Source of the DNA: an uncultured Phycisphaerales bacterium
Lineage (GTDB): Bacteria > Planctomycetota > Phycisphaerae > Tepidisphaerales > Tepidisphaeraceae
Reading direction: 5' to 3'
Length of the DNA stretch: 64,000 bases
Assembly: GCA_963755915.1 (NCBI GenBank)
Contig: CAVWLP010000002.1
Location: 1,312,001 to 1,376,000, forward strand
The translations under genes and the position numbers were made by a program. The notes under the pieces were generated by a model. The model was not told the DNA's origin and ran no database searches. It was given only the letters and a program-made list of their open reading frames with translations. Positions 1 to 10,084 of this stretch are shown one piece after another (within the stretch, counting starts at the first letter, position 1; each line of letters opens with the position of its first letter).

Positions 1-516
1 GAGCCAGCGGCGATGATGGGAGGCGAGGTGGCGCTGCAGGACGTCGAAGGAGGCGACGCCGAGCAGGCCCATGAGCGCGTAGGCGCGGGCTTCGCGGGCG
101 TACCAGGTTTGCAGGAAGGAGAGAGCCATGAGCCAGGCGGCGGCGGCGACCGCGGGGGGATTTTTCAGCGTGCGTTTGGCGATGGAAAGGGCCAGGAGGA
201 AGGTTAACAGGCTGAAGAGAGCGGAGAGGGAGCGGAGTGCGGCTTCGGAGTTGCCGAAGATTTCGGTCCAGAAATGGGTGAGGAGGTAGTAGAGAGGAGG
301 AGCGGTGTCGGCCAGGATGAGGCGGATGATTTCCCGGGGGGAATGGGAGACCATCCAGGCGGTGTAGCCTTCGTCGAACCAGAGGCTCTCGCGGCCGATG
401 TGGACGGTGCGGAGGAGGATGGCGGTGAGGAGGGCGAGGAGGGTGAGGAGGAAGGCAATGCACGCGCAGGTTTTGGTTGGGTGCGCGATGGTTGCGGGGG
501 CTTGGGTCCGGGACAT
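1..516 (-). CDS. GT-C fold membrane glycosyltransferase (GT39/ArnT-like), N-terminal part, runs off window, frameshifted
   Basis: Manual minus-strand translation: TM helix, then LRTVHIGRESLWFDEGYTAW ... DTAPPLYYLLTHFW ... EAALRSLSAL ... YAREARAYAL; frame changes near the G run at ~336-341. Confidence 0.8.
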   Translation of the reverse strand, partial: MSRTQAPATIAHPTKTCACIAFLLTLLALLTAILLRTVHIGRESLWFDEGYTAWMVSHSPREIIRLILADTAPPLYYLLTHFWTEIFGNSEAALRSLSALFSLLTFLLALSIAKRTLKNPPAVAAAAWLMALSFLQTWYAREARAYALMGLLGVASFDVLQRHLASHHRRWL

Positions 517-619
517 TGGGTTGAGAATAGTATCGGCAAAATCGACAAATCCCCACCTCGGCGCGGTTCGACCAAGCTCACCGAAGTCGGTGGGCGTTCC
601 CAGCGATTAATGGGGCGGC

Positions 620-1150
620 TTAGTTGGAGGGTTGCGTTGTGGGAGCGGTTGGATCAATGACGTCGATTTCGGAGATGGCGTGGATGGAGCGGGCGGGGAT
701 GGTGTCCCCCGGGACGATGAGGCGGGCGGGGGCGTCGCGCGGGGAAAGGGGTTGGTTGTCCTGGTCGAGCGCCAGCCAGGCTTCGCGGTTGCCGATCTGG
801 GGGAGGAGCTCGGCGAGGCTGAAGGAGACGGTGTAGCCATCCGAGGCGGTGATGACCACGACCAGGCGCAGGGCCAAATTTTTAATGCGGGGGTCGACGG
901 CGGGACCCATCTTGAGATCGGTGTGGGCGCCGGCCGCTTTGAGAAGGGAGACGAGGGGGACGCAGTTATAGGAATGCTTTTGGCCGTGGGTGGTGAAGTC
1001 GATGGATTTTATTTCGGAGGAGAGGGCGGATTTGATCTGGTCGATCGTCCATTTGGCGGGGTGATCGACGCTGCCGGCGAGCTGGATGGATTGGGTGTCG
1101 GCCAGGGAGGTGGAAGTGAACAAAATAAGGCAGAGGGCTGTGAGTCGCAT
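620..1150 (-). CDS. Secreted molybdopterin-binding oxidoreductase-like domain protein
   Basis: Signal peptide MRLTALCLILF; ASDGYTVSFSLAEL and PARLIVPGD motifs of the Oxidored_molyb-like family; next to modE/TOBE genes. Confidence 0.75.
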   Translation of the reverse strand: MRLTALCLILFTSTSLADTQSIQLAGSVDHPAKWTIDQIKSALSSEIKSIDFTTHGQKHSYNCVPLVSLLKAAGAHTDLKMGPAVDPRIKNLALRLVVVITASDGYTVSFSLAELLPQIGNREAWLALDQDNQPLSPRDAPARLIVPGDTIPARSIHAISEIDVIDPTAPTTQPSN

Positions 1151-1163
1151 ATTGGTTCCTGTT

Positions 1164-1538
1164 TCAGGGGAGAAAATTTTTGGGGAGTAAATCTTTGTCG
1201 AGCAGATGTTCGAGTTGGATTTGCATGTCGCGATAGGCGGCGAGGACCTCGTGACCGAGTTCGGTGATTTTGGTTCCACCGCCGCGCTTTCCGCCGACCG
1301 CGGTATTGACGAGGGGGCGTGGCCAGAGGCGGTTCATCGCGTCGATGAGCATCCAGGCGCGGCGGTAGCTGAAGCGCAGGCGTCGAGCGGCTTCGGAAAG
1401 AGAGCCGTGGATTTCGATTTGCTCGAGGAGATCTGCGCCGGCTTCGGTGAAGGCGGGGAGGCCGGAGATCTGGACCCAGAGTTTGCCGCGCAGTTGAATC
1501 GGGCGGGGATGCGGAGGTTTTTTGGGGTGGCGAGGCAC
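1164..1538 (-). CDS. modE: ModE-like winged-helix regulator (N-terminal HTH only)
   Basis: LLEQIEIHGSLSEAARRLRFSYRRAWMLIDAMN...GGKRGGGTKIT is a typical ModE HTH. Confidence 0.85.
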   Translation of the reverse strand: MPRHPKKPPHPRPIQLRGKLWVQISGLPAFTEAGADLLEQIEIHGSLSEAARRLRFSYRRAWMLIDAMNRLWPRPLVNTAVGGKRGGGTKITELGHEVLAAYRDMQIQLEHLLDKDLLPKNFLP

Positions 1539-1560
1539 AGGTGGGCCTTGAGGCAGTGAG

Positions 1561-1782
1561 TTACAGTACGTCGGGGTCGGCGGAGATGATGACCTCCGTT
1601 GCTTTGATGACGGCGACGGCGGATTTCCCTTTTTTGAGCTTGAGGCGCTTGGCGGAAGAGACGGAGATGAGGGAGACGATCTCGTGACCCGCGCCGATGT
1701 CGATGACGACTTCGGCCATGACGGCGCCCATTTTTATGGAAGTTATTTTTCCCGGGAATTGATTGCGTGCGCTGAGGGCCAT
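1561..1782 (-). CDS. TOBE/Mop molybdate-binding protein
   Basis: SARNQFPGKI...VSLISVSSAKRLKLKKG...AVIKATEV Mop signature. Confidence 0.9.
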   Translation of the reverse strand: MALSARNQFPGKITSIKMGAVMAEVVIDIGAGHEIVSLISVSSAKRLKLKKGKSAVAVIKATEVIISADPDVL

Positions 1783-1799
1783 GAGGGCTCCTTAATGAT

Positions 1800-1831
1800 T
1801 GCCGAATGCCGATTGCCAAATGCCGAATGAA
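1800..1831. repeat. Heptamer (GCCGAAT/GCCGATT) repeat arm
   Basis: tgccgaatgccgattgccaaatgccgaatg, the same arm as at 7638 and 16391. Confidence 0.85.
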
Positions 1832-1837
1832 AAGGCG

Positions 1838-1918
1838 GGTGCGAAAGGTGTGAAAAGTTTGAAAAGTGTGAAACGCAAGAACGAGTACGCTTTTCGCACC
1901 TTTCGCACTTTTCGCACC
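1838..1918. repeat. Inverted array of ~9-mer units (GGTGCGAAA.../...TTTCGCACC)
   Basis: Tandem 9-mers with reverse-complement copies about 20 nt downstream; related arm at ~29277-29308. Confidence 0.8.
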
Positions 1919-1931
1919 TTTTACACTCCAT

Positions 1932-2930
1932 CTAATACGCGGCGTCGGGGTAATAATACTGAGACGCGTTGTCGGGTGTTACCAGGTCGACGTCGATCAT
2001 CATGTGCCGGGGGATGAATTGCGAGAGCTTTTGCTGGGTGCCGTCGCGGAGGGCGCTGGCGGCGAGGTGGATGCCTTCGGCGATCATGCTGGGGGGATAG
2101 GTGATGGTGGCGGGGATGATGGGGTTTTTGTCCTGGATCATTTTGATGACTTCTTTCATGCCGCCGCCGCCCACGACCCACATTTCGTTATCGCGGCTGG
2201 CTTCGTGGATGGCTTGGATGGCGCCGAGGGCTGTGTCGTCGTCGCCGGCCCAGACGGCGTCGATGTGGGGGAACTGGATGAGGCAGTTTTGCATCACCGT
2301 CAGGGCTTTTTCGCGGTTCCACATGGCGGGCTGGGAGGCGAGGATTTTGATGTTGGGATAATTGGCGAAGACTGCAAGCGCGGCGTTGACGCGGTCGGTG
2401 TTAACGGTGGAGGGAACGCCTTCAAGGATGACGAGGTTGCCTTTGCCGTTGAGTTTGTCGGCGATGAACTGGGCGGATTTCTTGCCGAAGGATTTGTTGT
2501 CGCCCTCAAGGAAGACGTCGGCGACGGGTTGGAGAAAGCCGCGGTCGACGTTGACGATGTATATGCCGCGCTGGTGGGCCTCGGCAGCGATGGGGGTGAG
2601 CGGGGCGCTTTCGGTGGCGAGGACGACCAGACCGTCAACGCCTTTGGCCATCATGTCCTGGAGGTCGGCGATCTGTTTTTCAGGGGTGTCTGCGGCGGCG
2701 AATTGCCAGGAGATTTCGGGATGGAGGGCCATGGCACGCTGGGCCCACCAGGCGACGCCGGCGGTCCAGCCGTGATCGGCGGCGGGGATGGAGACGCCGA
2801 TGCGCATCTGGGGGGCGGTGGGTTGCGGGGCGATGGAGATTTGGGGCTGGGGTTGTTTCGATGCGAAGTAGATGGCGGAGAGGACGCCGACGACTATGAG
2901 GATAGTGATTCGTATGACGAGATTTTTCAT
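1932..2930 (-). CDS. Sugar ABC transporter substrate-binding protein (RbsB-like)
   Basis: Periplasmic binding protein type I motifs (KGVDGLVV, IYIVNVDR, GDNKSFG, IDAVWAGDD); N-terminal TM/signal. Confidence 0.9.
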   Translation of the reverse strand: MKNLVIRITILIVVGVLSAIYFASKQPQPQISIAPQPTAPQMRIGVSIPAADHGWTAGVAWWAQRAMALHPEISWQFAAADTPEKQIADLQDMMAKGVDGLVVLATESAPLTPIAAEAHQRGIYIVNVDRGFLQPVADVFLEGDNKSFGKKSAQFIADKLNGKGNLVILEGVPSTVNTDRVNAALAVFANYPNIKILASQPAMWNREKALTVMQNCLIQFPHIDAVWAGDDDTALGAIQAIHEASRDNEMWVVGGGGMKEVIKMIQDKNPIIPATITYPPSMIAEGIHLAASALRDGTQQKLSQFIPRHMMIDVDLVTPDNASQYYYPDAAY

Positions 2931-2941
2931 TCCTGTTTCCT

Positions 2942-4066
2942 CTATCCCGCTTGTTGTACCACAGCGGCGGCGACGATGATGGCGCCTTTGACGAGTCCTT
3001 GAAGATATATCGAAACATTGAGGAAGTTGAGCATATTTCCGATGACGCCGAGGATAAGGACGCCGATGACGGTGCCGAAGATGGTTCCGGAGCCGCCTGT
3101 CATGCGGGTTCCGCCGACGACGACGGCGGCGATGACGTCGAGCTCGTAGAGCTGGCCGGTGGAGGAGCTGGAGACGCTGTTGGTGTGGGAGGAGACGAGA
3201 AAGGCAGCGAGGCCGGTGAGGGCGCCGAGGAGGGCGTAGGCGCGGATTTTTACGCGGGCTATGTTGATGCCGGAATATCTGGCGGCGGGCTCAGACGCGC
3301 CGATGGCGAAGAGGTAGCGGCCGAGGCGGGTGTGGTTTAACAGGATCGCCATCAGGATCGCGATGAGGAAGAAGATCAGGACGGGCCAGGGGATGATGAG
3401 TGGGATGTTGTTCGTCAGGTGGATGAAGGGGAGGGGGATTCCGGATTCGGCGAATTTGGGGAAGAGGTTTGGGGAGGAGGATTCGATCGTTCCGCCGTCG
3501 GTCATGGCCATGGCGAGGGAGCGGTAGGCGGCGAGTCCGCCAAGGGTGGCGATGAAGGGGGTGACGCGGAACCGGGCGATGAGCAGGCCGTTGATGTAAC
3601 CGGCGAGAAGGCCGATGGAGAGGGTGGTAACGATGGCGAGAAGGACGCCGAGGAGTTCGCTGTTGTTGAGGTGGAGGGTGATAAAAAAGTGGGCAAGCGC
3701 GGAGCGGAATCCGGAGTAGGGGGCGGGGATGTTGATCGAAGTCGCGGAGGAGATTTCGTCGAGGATTTTTTTAGCGTCGATGGCGGTGTTCATGACCCAT
3801 AGTCCGCAGGCCCCGGCGAGGGCGACGAGGGAGCCTACCGAGAGGTCGATTCCGCCGGAGATGATGACGAGGGTCATGCCCAGGGCAATGATGCCGACGA
3901 AGGACCATTCCTGGAGGATGTTGCGGAAGTTTTCGAGGGAGAGGAAGGAGACGGAGCCGGCGGTGAGTTTCTGGCAGACGGCGGTGGCGGCGATCAGGAC
4001 GAGGAGCGTGATGGGGGGGAGGAATCTTTCGAAAGCGTTGGAAGCAGAGCGGGAGGGCTCGCTCAT
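2942..4066 (-). CDS. Sugar ABC transporter permease (RbsC-like)
   Basis: IISGGIDLSVGS, PFIATLG, TRLGRYLFAIG, YELDVIAAVVVGG motifs; start overlaps carB stop (ATGA). Confidence 0.9.
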   Translation of the reverse strand: MSEPSRSASNAFERFLPPITLLVLIAATAVCQKLTAGSVSFLSLENFRNILQEWSFVGIIALGMTLVIISGGIDLSVGSLVALAGACGLWVMNTAIDAKKILDEISSATSINIPAPYSGFRSALAHFFITLHLNNSELLGVLLAIVTTLSIGLLAGYINGLLIARFRVTPFIATLGGLAAYRSLAMAMTDGGTIESSSPNLFPKFAESGIPLPFIHLTNNIPLIIPWPVLIFFLIAILMAILLNHTRLGRYLFAIGASEPAARYSGINIARVKIRAYALLGALTGLAAFLVSSHTNSVSSSSTGQLYELDVIAAVVVGGTRMTGGSGTIFGTVIGVLILGVIGNMLNFLNVSIYLQGLVKGAIIVAAAVVQQAG

Positions 4067-7000
4067 TTTTCGCTCTTGTTGAAATAGGCCTGAAGGGGTT
4101 TTACGCCCCACCCACCGGACTGGAGGGCCTTAATGGCGCGTGCGGCGGCGCTGCCGGCGGTGATAGTGGTGAGGATGGGAATCCGGCTGGCCACGGCCAT
4201 GGCGCGGATTTTTCCTTCATCGGTCGTCGGGCCTTTTTTGGTGGGGGTGTTGATGATGAGTTGAACCTGGCCGTTTTTGATGAAGTCGTTGATGTTGGGG
4301 CGTCCCTCCGCCAGTTTGCTGATGCGGGTGGCGGGGATTTCTTCTTTCGAGAGGACATCGATGAGTGCCGGCCGTGGCAAGGATTTTGAACCCCATCTCG
4401 GCGAAGGCTTTGGCAATAGGGACGGCCGACTTTTTGTCTTCGTTGCGAACGGAGATAAAGACGTTGCCGGTGGTCGGCAAAATCGTTCCGGCGGCGATCT
4501 GGCTTTTGGCGAAGGCGTGGGGGAAGTCGGCGTCGATGCCCATGACTTCGCCGGTAGAGCGCATTTCGGGTCCGAGAATGATGTCCACGCCGGGGAATTT
4601 GCTGAAGGGGAAGACGACTTCTTTCACCGACGTGTGTTTGGGAGGCGTCGGCTCGGTGACGCCCAGCTCGGCGAGGGATTTTCCGGCCATCACTTTCGCG
4701 GCGATCTTGGCAAAGGGCTGGCCCTGGGCCTTGGAGACGAAAGGTACCGTGCGGCTGGCGCGGGGGTTGACCTCGATGATAAAGATTTCGCCGTCCTTGA
4801 TGGCGTACTGGACGTTCATCAGGCCGCGCACGCGCAGGGCTTTGGCGAGGGCGCGGGTCTGTTCTTTCATCTTTTCGATAATTTCTTTCGAGAGCGAGTA
4901 AGGGGGCAGGGCGCAGGCGCTGTCGCCGCTGTGGATGCCGGCTTCTTCGATGTGCTCCATGACGCCGATGACGATGGCCTGGCCGGCTTCGGATTTGCCG
5001 GCAGGGTCGAAATCGGCGAGGCAGTCGACGTCGCATTCGGTGGCGGCGTCGAGGAATTTGTCGACGAGGATCGGGGCGTTGGCGATGGTCGAGGCGTCGA
5101 CGGCATTGGCCATGTAGTAGTTGAGCTGCTCCTCATCGGAGACGATTTCCATGGCTCGTCCGCCGAGGACGAAGCTGGGGCGGACGAGGACCGGGTAGCC
5201 GATCCGGCGGGCGATTTCGCGGGCTTCGGAAAGGGAGCGGGCGATGCCGTTTGCGGGTTGGCGGAGGTTTAGCTTTTGGACGAGAGAGCGGAACTGTTCG
5301 CGGTCGCCGGCGGCGTCGAGAGAGTCGACGGTGGTGCCGAGGATGGGGACGCCGGCTTCTTTTAGGCCGCGGGCCAGATTTAGGGGCGTCTGTCCGCCGA
5401 ACTGGACGATTACTCCTTTAACCAGGTTTTGTCGGCCCTCACCCCGACCCTCTCCTCTTCGAGCCTGAGCCTCAGAGCCGAAGGCCGGAGTACCGGGCGA
5501 GGGGGAGAATTCGGAGAAGGGGCGTCCGTTGAGGCGCTCGCAGACGTTTAAAATGTCTTCGTGAGTCAGGGGTTCGAAGAAGAGGAGGTTGCTGGTGTCG
5601 TAGTCGGTGCTGACGGTTTCGGGGTTGGAGTTGATCATCACCGATTCGAGGCCGAGTTCTTTCATGGCAAAGGCGGCTTGCACGCAGCAGTAATCGAATT
5701 CGATTCCCTGGCCGATGCGGTTCGGGCCGCCGCCGATGATGATGACTTTGGGTTTATCGGTGAGGCGGATTTCGTCTTCGCAACTTACCGATTGCCGATT
5801 GCCGATTGCCGATTTAAACGGTGTTTCATAGGTTGAATAGTAATAAGGTGTCGAGGCTTCGAATTCGGCGGCGCAGGTATCGACGAGTTTGTAGACGGGG
5901 CGAATTTGTTGGACATAAAGAGTGCTACTGATCTCGATGGGGTGAGAGTTTGAGATCTGAGCAAGTTGGAAATTGCTGTATCCAAGCTGTTTGGCTTTTC
6001 TCAGGAACTCGCACATTTCCTTTTCGGAAATGTCGGATGCACAAGCGTCGCCGGTGACGTGCAGGTGGATTCGATGGTTGTTGTTCCATAGTTCTTTTTC
6101 GAAATCCACTAGCTCCTTCATCTGGGCAAGAAACCACTTGTCGATTTTGGTGAGGTCGTAGATTCGATCGATGCTCCACCCCATCTTCATCGCATAGCGG
6201 ATGTAATAGAGCCGGCCCTGGCTGGGGACGGCGAGCTTGCGGCGGAGTTTTTCCTCAGGCACCGGCCATTCAGCGGGTTTGCCGCGCTGGGCGTTTAGCC
6301 AATTGTCGTTGGCATCCAAGCCGAAGCCGAAGCGTTTGACCTCCATGGAGCGAATCCCTTTTTGCAGGGCTTCCTTAAACGTGCGGCCGATGGCCATGGC
6401 TTCGCCGACACTTTTCATCTGCGTGGTGAGGGTTTCATCCGCATCCGGGAATTTTTCGAAGGTCCACCGCGGAATCTTAATCACGCAATAATCGATCGTG
6501 GGCTCGAAGCAAGCGGAGGTGTAATAGTCCCACTTGCCATCTTTGTTTTTCTTGCTGGTGATGTAGTTGGGGAGCTCATCTAGCGTGTAGCCTACGGCCA
6601 GTTTCGCGGCCAGTTTGGCAATGGGGTAGCCGGTTGCTTTAGAGGCGAGGGCGGAAGAGCGCGAGACGCGGGGGTTCATCTCCACGACGATCATGTCGCC
6701 GTCGTCGGGGTTGATGGCGAATTGGATGTTGCTGCCGCCGGTTTCGACGCCGACAGCGCGAATCACCGCAATGCTGGCGTCGCGCATCCGTTGGTATTCT
6801 TTATCTGTGAGCGTTTGGATGGGGGCGACGGTGATGCTGTCGCCGGTGTGGACGCCCATCGGGTCGACGTTTTCGATGGAGCAGATGATGACAGCGTTGT
6901 CGTTCTTGTCGCGCATCACCTCCATCTCGAATTCTTTCCAGCCGAGGACGGATTGCTCGATGAGGACCTCGTTGACGGGGCTGGCGTCGATGCCGCGCTG

Positions 7001-7591
7001 GACGATCTGATCGAATTCCTCGATGTTGTAGGCGATTCCGCCCCCGGTGCCGCCGAGGGTGAAGGCCGGGCGGATGATGAGGGGAAGCCCGATGTCGGCG
7101 AGGACTTTTTTGCCTTCTTCCAGCGTGTGGACCACGCCGCTGCGGGGGACTTTGAGGCCGATCTGGATCATGAGGTCTTTGAAGACCTGTCGGTCTTCGC
7201 CGCGGAAGATGGCCTGGCGGTTGGCGCCGATCATTTCTACGCCGTATTTCGTGAAGATTCCCTTGTCAAAGCAGGCCATTGCGGTGTTGAGGCCGGTCTG
7301 TCCGCCGAGGGTGGGGAGGACGGCGTCGACCGGCGTGGGCCCCTTGGATTCGAGCTCGAGGATTTTTTCGACTGCTTCGGGGGTGATGGGCTCGATGTAG
7401 GTGGCGTCCGCGAATTCCGGGTCGGTCATGATCGTGGCGGGGTTGCTGTTGATCAGGACGATTCGGTAGCCCTCTTCCTTGAGAGCACGGCAGGCCTGGA
7501 CGCCGGAATAGTCGAATTCGCACCCCTGGCCGATGACGATGGGGCCGGAGCCGATGATGAGAATGCAGCGGATGTCGGTGCGTTTGGGCAT
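4063..7591 (-). CDS. carB: Carbamoyl-phosphate synthase large subunit (frameshift near 4370; several in-frame insertions)
   Basis: [26 protein letters not shown]; two ATP-grasp halves; MGS domain completed in ORF 4063..4416. Confidence 0.97.
5436..5505. repeat. Palindromic 'CCCTC-ACCC..CTCTCC..GGTAC..GAGGG' element inserted in frame in carB
   Basis: Encodes [24 protein letters not shown]; near-identical intergenic copy at 22990-23059. Confidence 0.85.
5788..5814. repeat. (CCGATTG)n heptamer tandem inside carB
   Basis: ccgattg x3 plus ccgatt, translated as SAIGNRQS in CarB. Confidence 0.85.
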
Positions 7592-7637
7592 TGGAAAATC
7601 GGGGCGTAATTTACGGGGGGGAGGGGGAATGACAATC

Positions 7638-7707
7638 CCGAATGCCGATTGCCAAATGCCGAATGAAATACGCGACTTTTGTCTATTCATTCGGCATTCG
7701 GCATTCG
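7638..7707. repeat. Inverted heptamer repeat element in the divergent carB / oxidoreductase intergenic region
   Basis: ccgaatgccgattgccaaatgccgaatgaa ... ttcattcggcattcggcattcg. Confidence 0.85.
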
Positions 7708-7726
7708 ACTTTCTATACTTTCCGTC

Positions 7727-8731
7727 ATGCTTCACTTCGCAATTGTAGGCTGCGGGAAAATGGGGCACTTGCATGCCCAGGAACTTGGGCGGACTCCCGG
7801 CGTCCAAGTGGTGGCGGTGGTCGATCCGGTGACGAGCCGGACGGCGGAATTTCGGGAAAAATATTTTCCCAGGGCGAAGGAGTTCGCCGCCATCGAGGCC
7901 ATGCTGGCCGATCGGAGCGTGAAGGTCGATGCGGTTTGCCTCGTGACGCCGCATTCATTGCATTACCCGCACGCGAAGATGGCGCTGGAGCATGGGGTGC
8001 ATGTGCTGGTCGAAAAGCCGATGGTGACGAATTCCAACGCGGCTTACGATCTTTGGAGAACGGTGAAATCCACGGGGAAGCTGCTGGCGATTGCCTATCA
8101 GTCCCCCTATACGGATGAATTCGCACATCTGGCGAAGATGCGCGAGCGCGGGGAGTGGGGCAAGGTGCAGACGATCAGCGGGTGGCTGAGCCAGAACTGG
8201 CGGAAGGGAACCTCCGGAACCTGGCGGCAGGATCCGGAAATTTCCGGGGGCGGGCAGATGTATGACAGCGGGGCGCACCTCTTTAACGCGGTGATGTGGC
8301 TGATGAACGATCCCGTAGTGGAGGCGGCATGTTTTTACGATCGCTGCGGGACGCCGGTGGATATCAATGGGGTGGCGATCGCGAAGTTCAGCAATGGGGC
8401 GCTGGGGAGTTTTTGCGTGGGGGGGAATTGTCCGCCGTTCCGGACGGATATTCAGATCCAGACAGATCGGATGATGATTTGTGTGGATCAGTATGGGAAG
8501 ACGCTGGAGATTTTTGGGGCGGATGGAAAACGGGTGGAGACGCATGTGAAAAGTCAAAGTGGGGTGCCGGGAACGCCGCATTTGAATTTGGTGAACGCGA
8601 TATTGGGCAAGGAGAAATTGCGGGCGGGGGCGCGGTTTGGGGTTTTGCTGAGTGCGCTGATGGATGCGATGTATCAGTCGGCGGATGCGCGGCAGATGAT
8701 TCGCGTGGAGCCGGTGCCGGGGGAGATTTAA
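7727..8731 (+). CDS. Gfo/Idh/MocA family oxidoreductase
   Basis: AIVGCGKMG Rossmann motif, [19 protein letters not shown]. Confidence 0.92.
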   Translation: MLHFAIVGCGKMGHLHAQELGRTPGVQVVAVVDPVTSRTAEFREKYFPRAKEFAAIEAMLADRSVKVDAVCLVTPHSLHYPHAKMALEHGVHVLVEKPMVTNSNAAYDLWRTVKSTGKLLAIAYQSPYTDEFAHLAKMRERGEWGKVQTISGWLSQNWRKGTSGTWRQDPEISGGGQMYDSGAHLFNAVMWLMNDPVVEAACFYDRCGTPVDINGVAIAKFSNGALGSFCVGGNCPPFRTDIQIQTDRMMICVDQYGKTLEIFGADGKRVETHVKSQSGVPGTPHLNLVNAILGKEKLRAGARFGVLLSALMDAMYQSADARQMIRVEPVPGEI

Positions 8732-8757
8732 GGGGTACAATGCCGGCGGGAGATGAG

Positions 8758-10076
8758 ATGGGACTGAGCCGGATTGTAGTTGTGATTTTGCTGGTGCTTG
8801 CCGGCGCCGCGTGGGCCGATTCGGCGGCGACGCAACCGGCTTCGCCCGAAGTTGTGGCGCTCGTGCGGGATCTCACCAGCGATCAATTTTCTGTGCGGGA
8901 ATCGGCGCAGAAGGAGTTGGAGGGGATGGGGGATGCGGTGGTGCCTCAGCTTCAGGGGCTGGTTGGGGGAAATCTTTCGGGGGAGGCGCGGCGCGGATTG
9001 GGGTGATCATCGGCAGGATTCACGAGGAGCGGGAGTTTGGGGGGTCGATTATCACGATTCATTGTCATGACGCGCCTCTGGAAAATGTCCTGCGGGATTT
9101 TGCCCAGCAGGCGGGTGGGGCGGATCTGGGGCTCGATCGGCCGCAGATTCAGGATTATGTGAATTCGCATAAAATTTCTCTGGATCTGGATCATGTGGAT
9201 TTCTGGACGGCCCTTCAGGCAATCGAGGATGGGAGCGGCCTGCACATCCGGCAGGATACGAATGGACAGATGATCCTCGACAACATCGGGTTCTGGTTTG
9301 GGCAGATGGGGGATCGGGCCCATTCGTGCATCGCCGGGCCGTGTATGGTTTGCTGGCAATCGAATGACTGGCATATGCAAGCTTCGCCCAAGGGCGTGAC
9401 GAGTTTTTTGAATGTGCAATTGATGGCGATGGTGGAGCCGAAGATCCGACTCAGCGGGGGGCAGCAGGGGGAGTGGATCAAGCAGTGCGTGGACGAGAAT
9501 GGGCATTCGCTGGTGGCGGAGGGAGTTTCGGGGTTTATGGGGGGAAGACAGTGGTGGGTGCCGCTGTCGGTGAATCTGCGGGTGTTTCCGGGGATGGGAA
9601 CGAAGATCGCCCGGATGACGGGGGAGCTATCGTTTAACGTTCAGGTGAAATCGGAGAGGATTGAGGTGGACAATCTGCTGACCGCGCACAATGAGACGAG
9701 GGCCGTCGCCGGGGGAACGCTGATCGTGGAGGATTGCAAGAATACGAATGGGCAATATCAGTTGAGATTGCAGGTGATGGGGCCGCCGAATTCATCGTTT
9801 GCGGCGATGGCGCAGAACTTCATGGCCACTTCGATGCAGGTGCAGGACGTGCTGGGGCAGCCGCTTCAACTGATCACCGGAGGGAGGACGAACGATGTGA
9901 ATGGAATGTGGTCGATATTTTTGGGATATCCGGCCAACCCCCCGGCGCGTCCACCGCAGCGGCTGGTGTGGGATATCACGACGGAGAGCAAGCGGATTAC
10001 GGTGCCGTTTGAGCTGAAGGACCTGGACCTGCTGCCGACGGAAGTGATTAACGGGCAGGGGCCCAAATCGAAATAG
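8758..10076 (+). CDS. Secreted hypothetical protein (HEAT-like helix pair plus STN-like domain), frameshift near 9000; paralog of 10085..11392
   Basis: Signal peptide, then LTSDQFSVRESAQKEL in one frame; continues in ORF 8811..10076 (ITIHCHDAPL...CVDENGHSL). Confidence 0.7.
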
Positions 10077-10084
10077 ACGGGGTT

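Noticed and set aside
1800-1918. Short tandem repeats as a CRISPR array
   Set aside because: Units are 7-9 nt with no unique spacers, and there are no cas genes in the window
4063-4416. Programmed frameshift or split carB
   Set aside because: No slippery site seen; consistent with the window-wide indel errors
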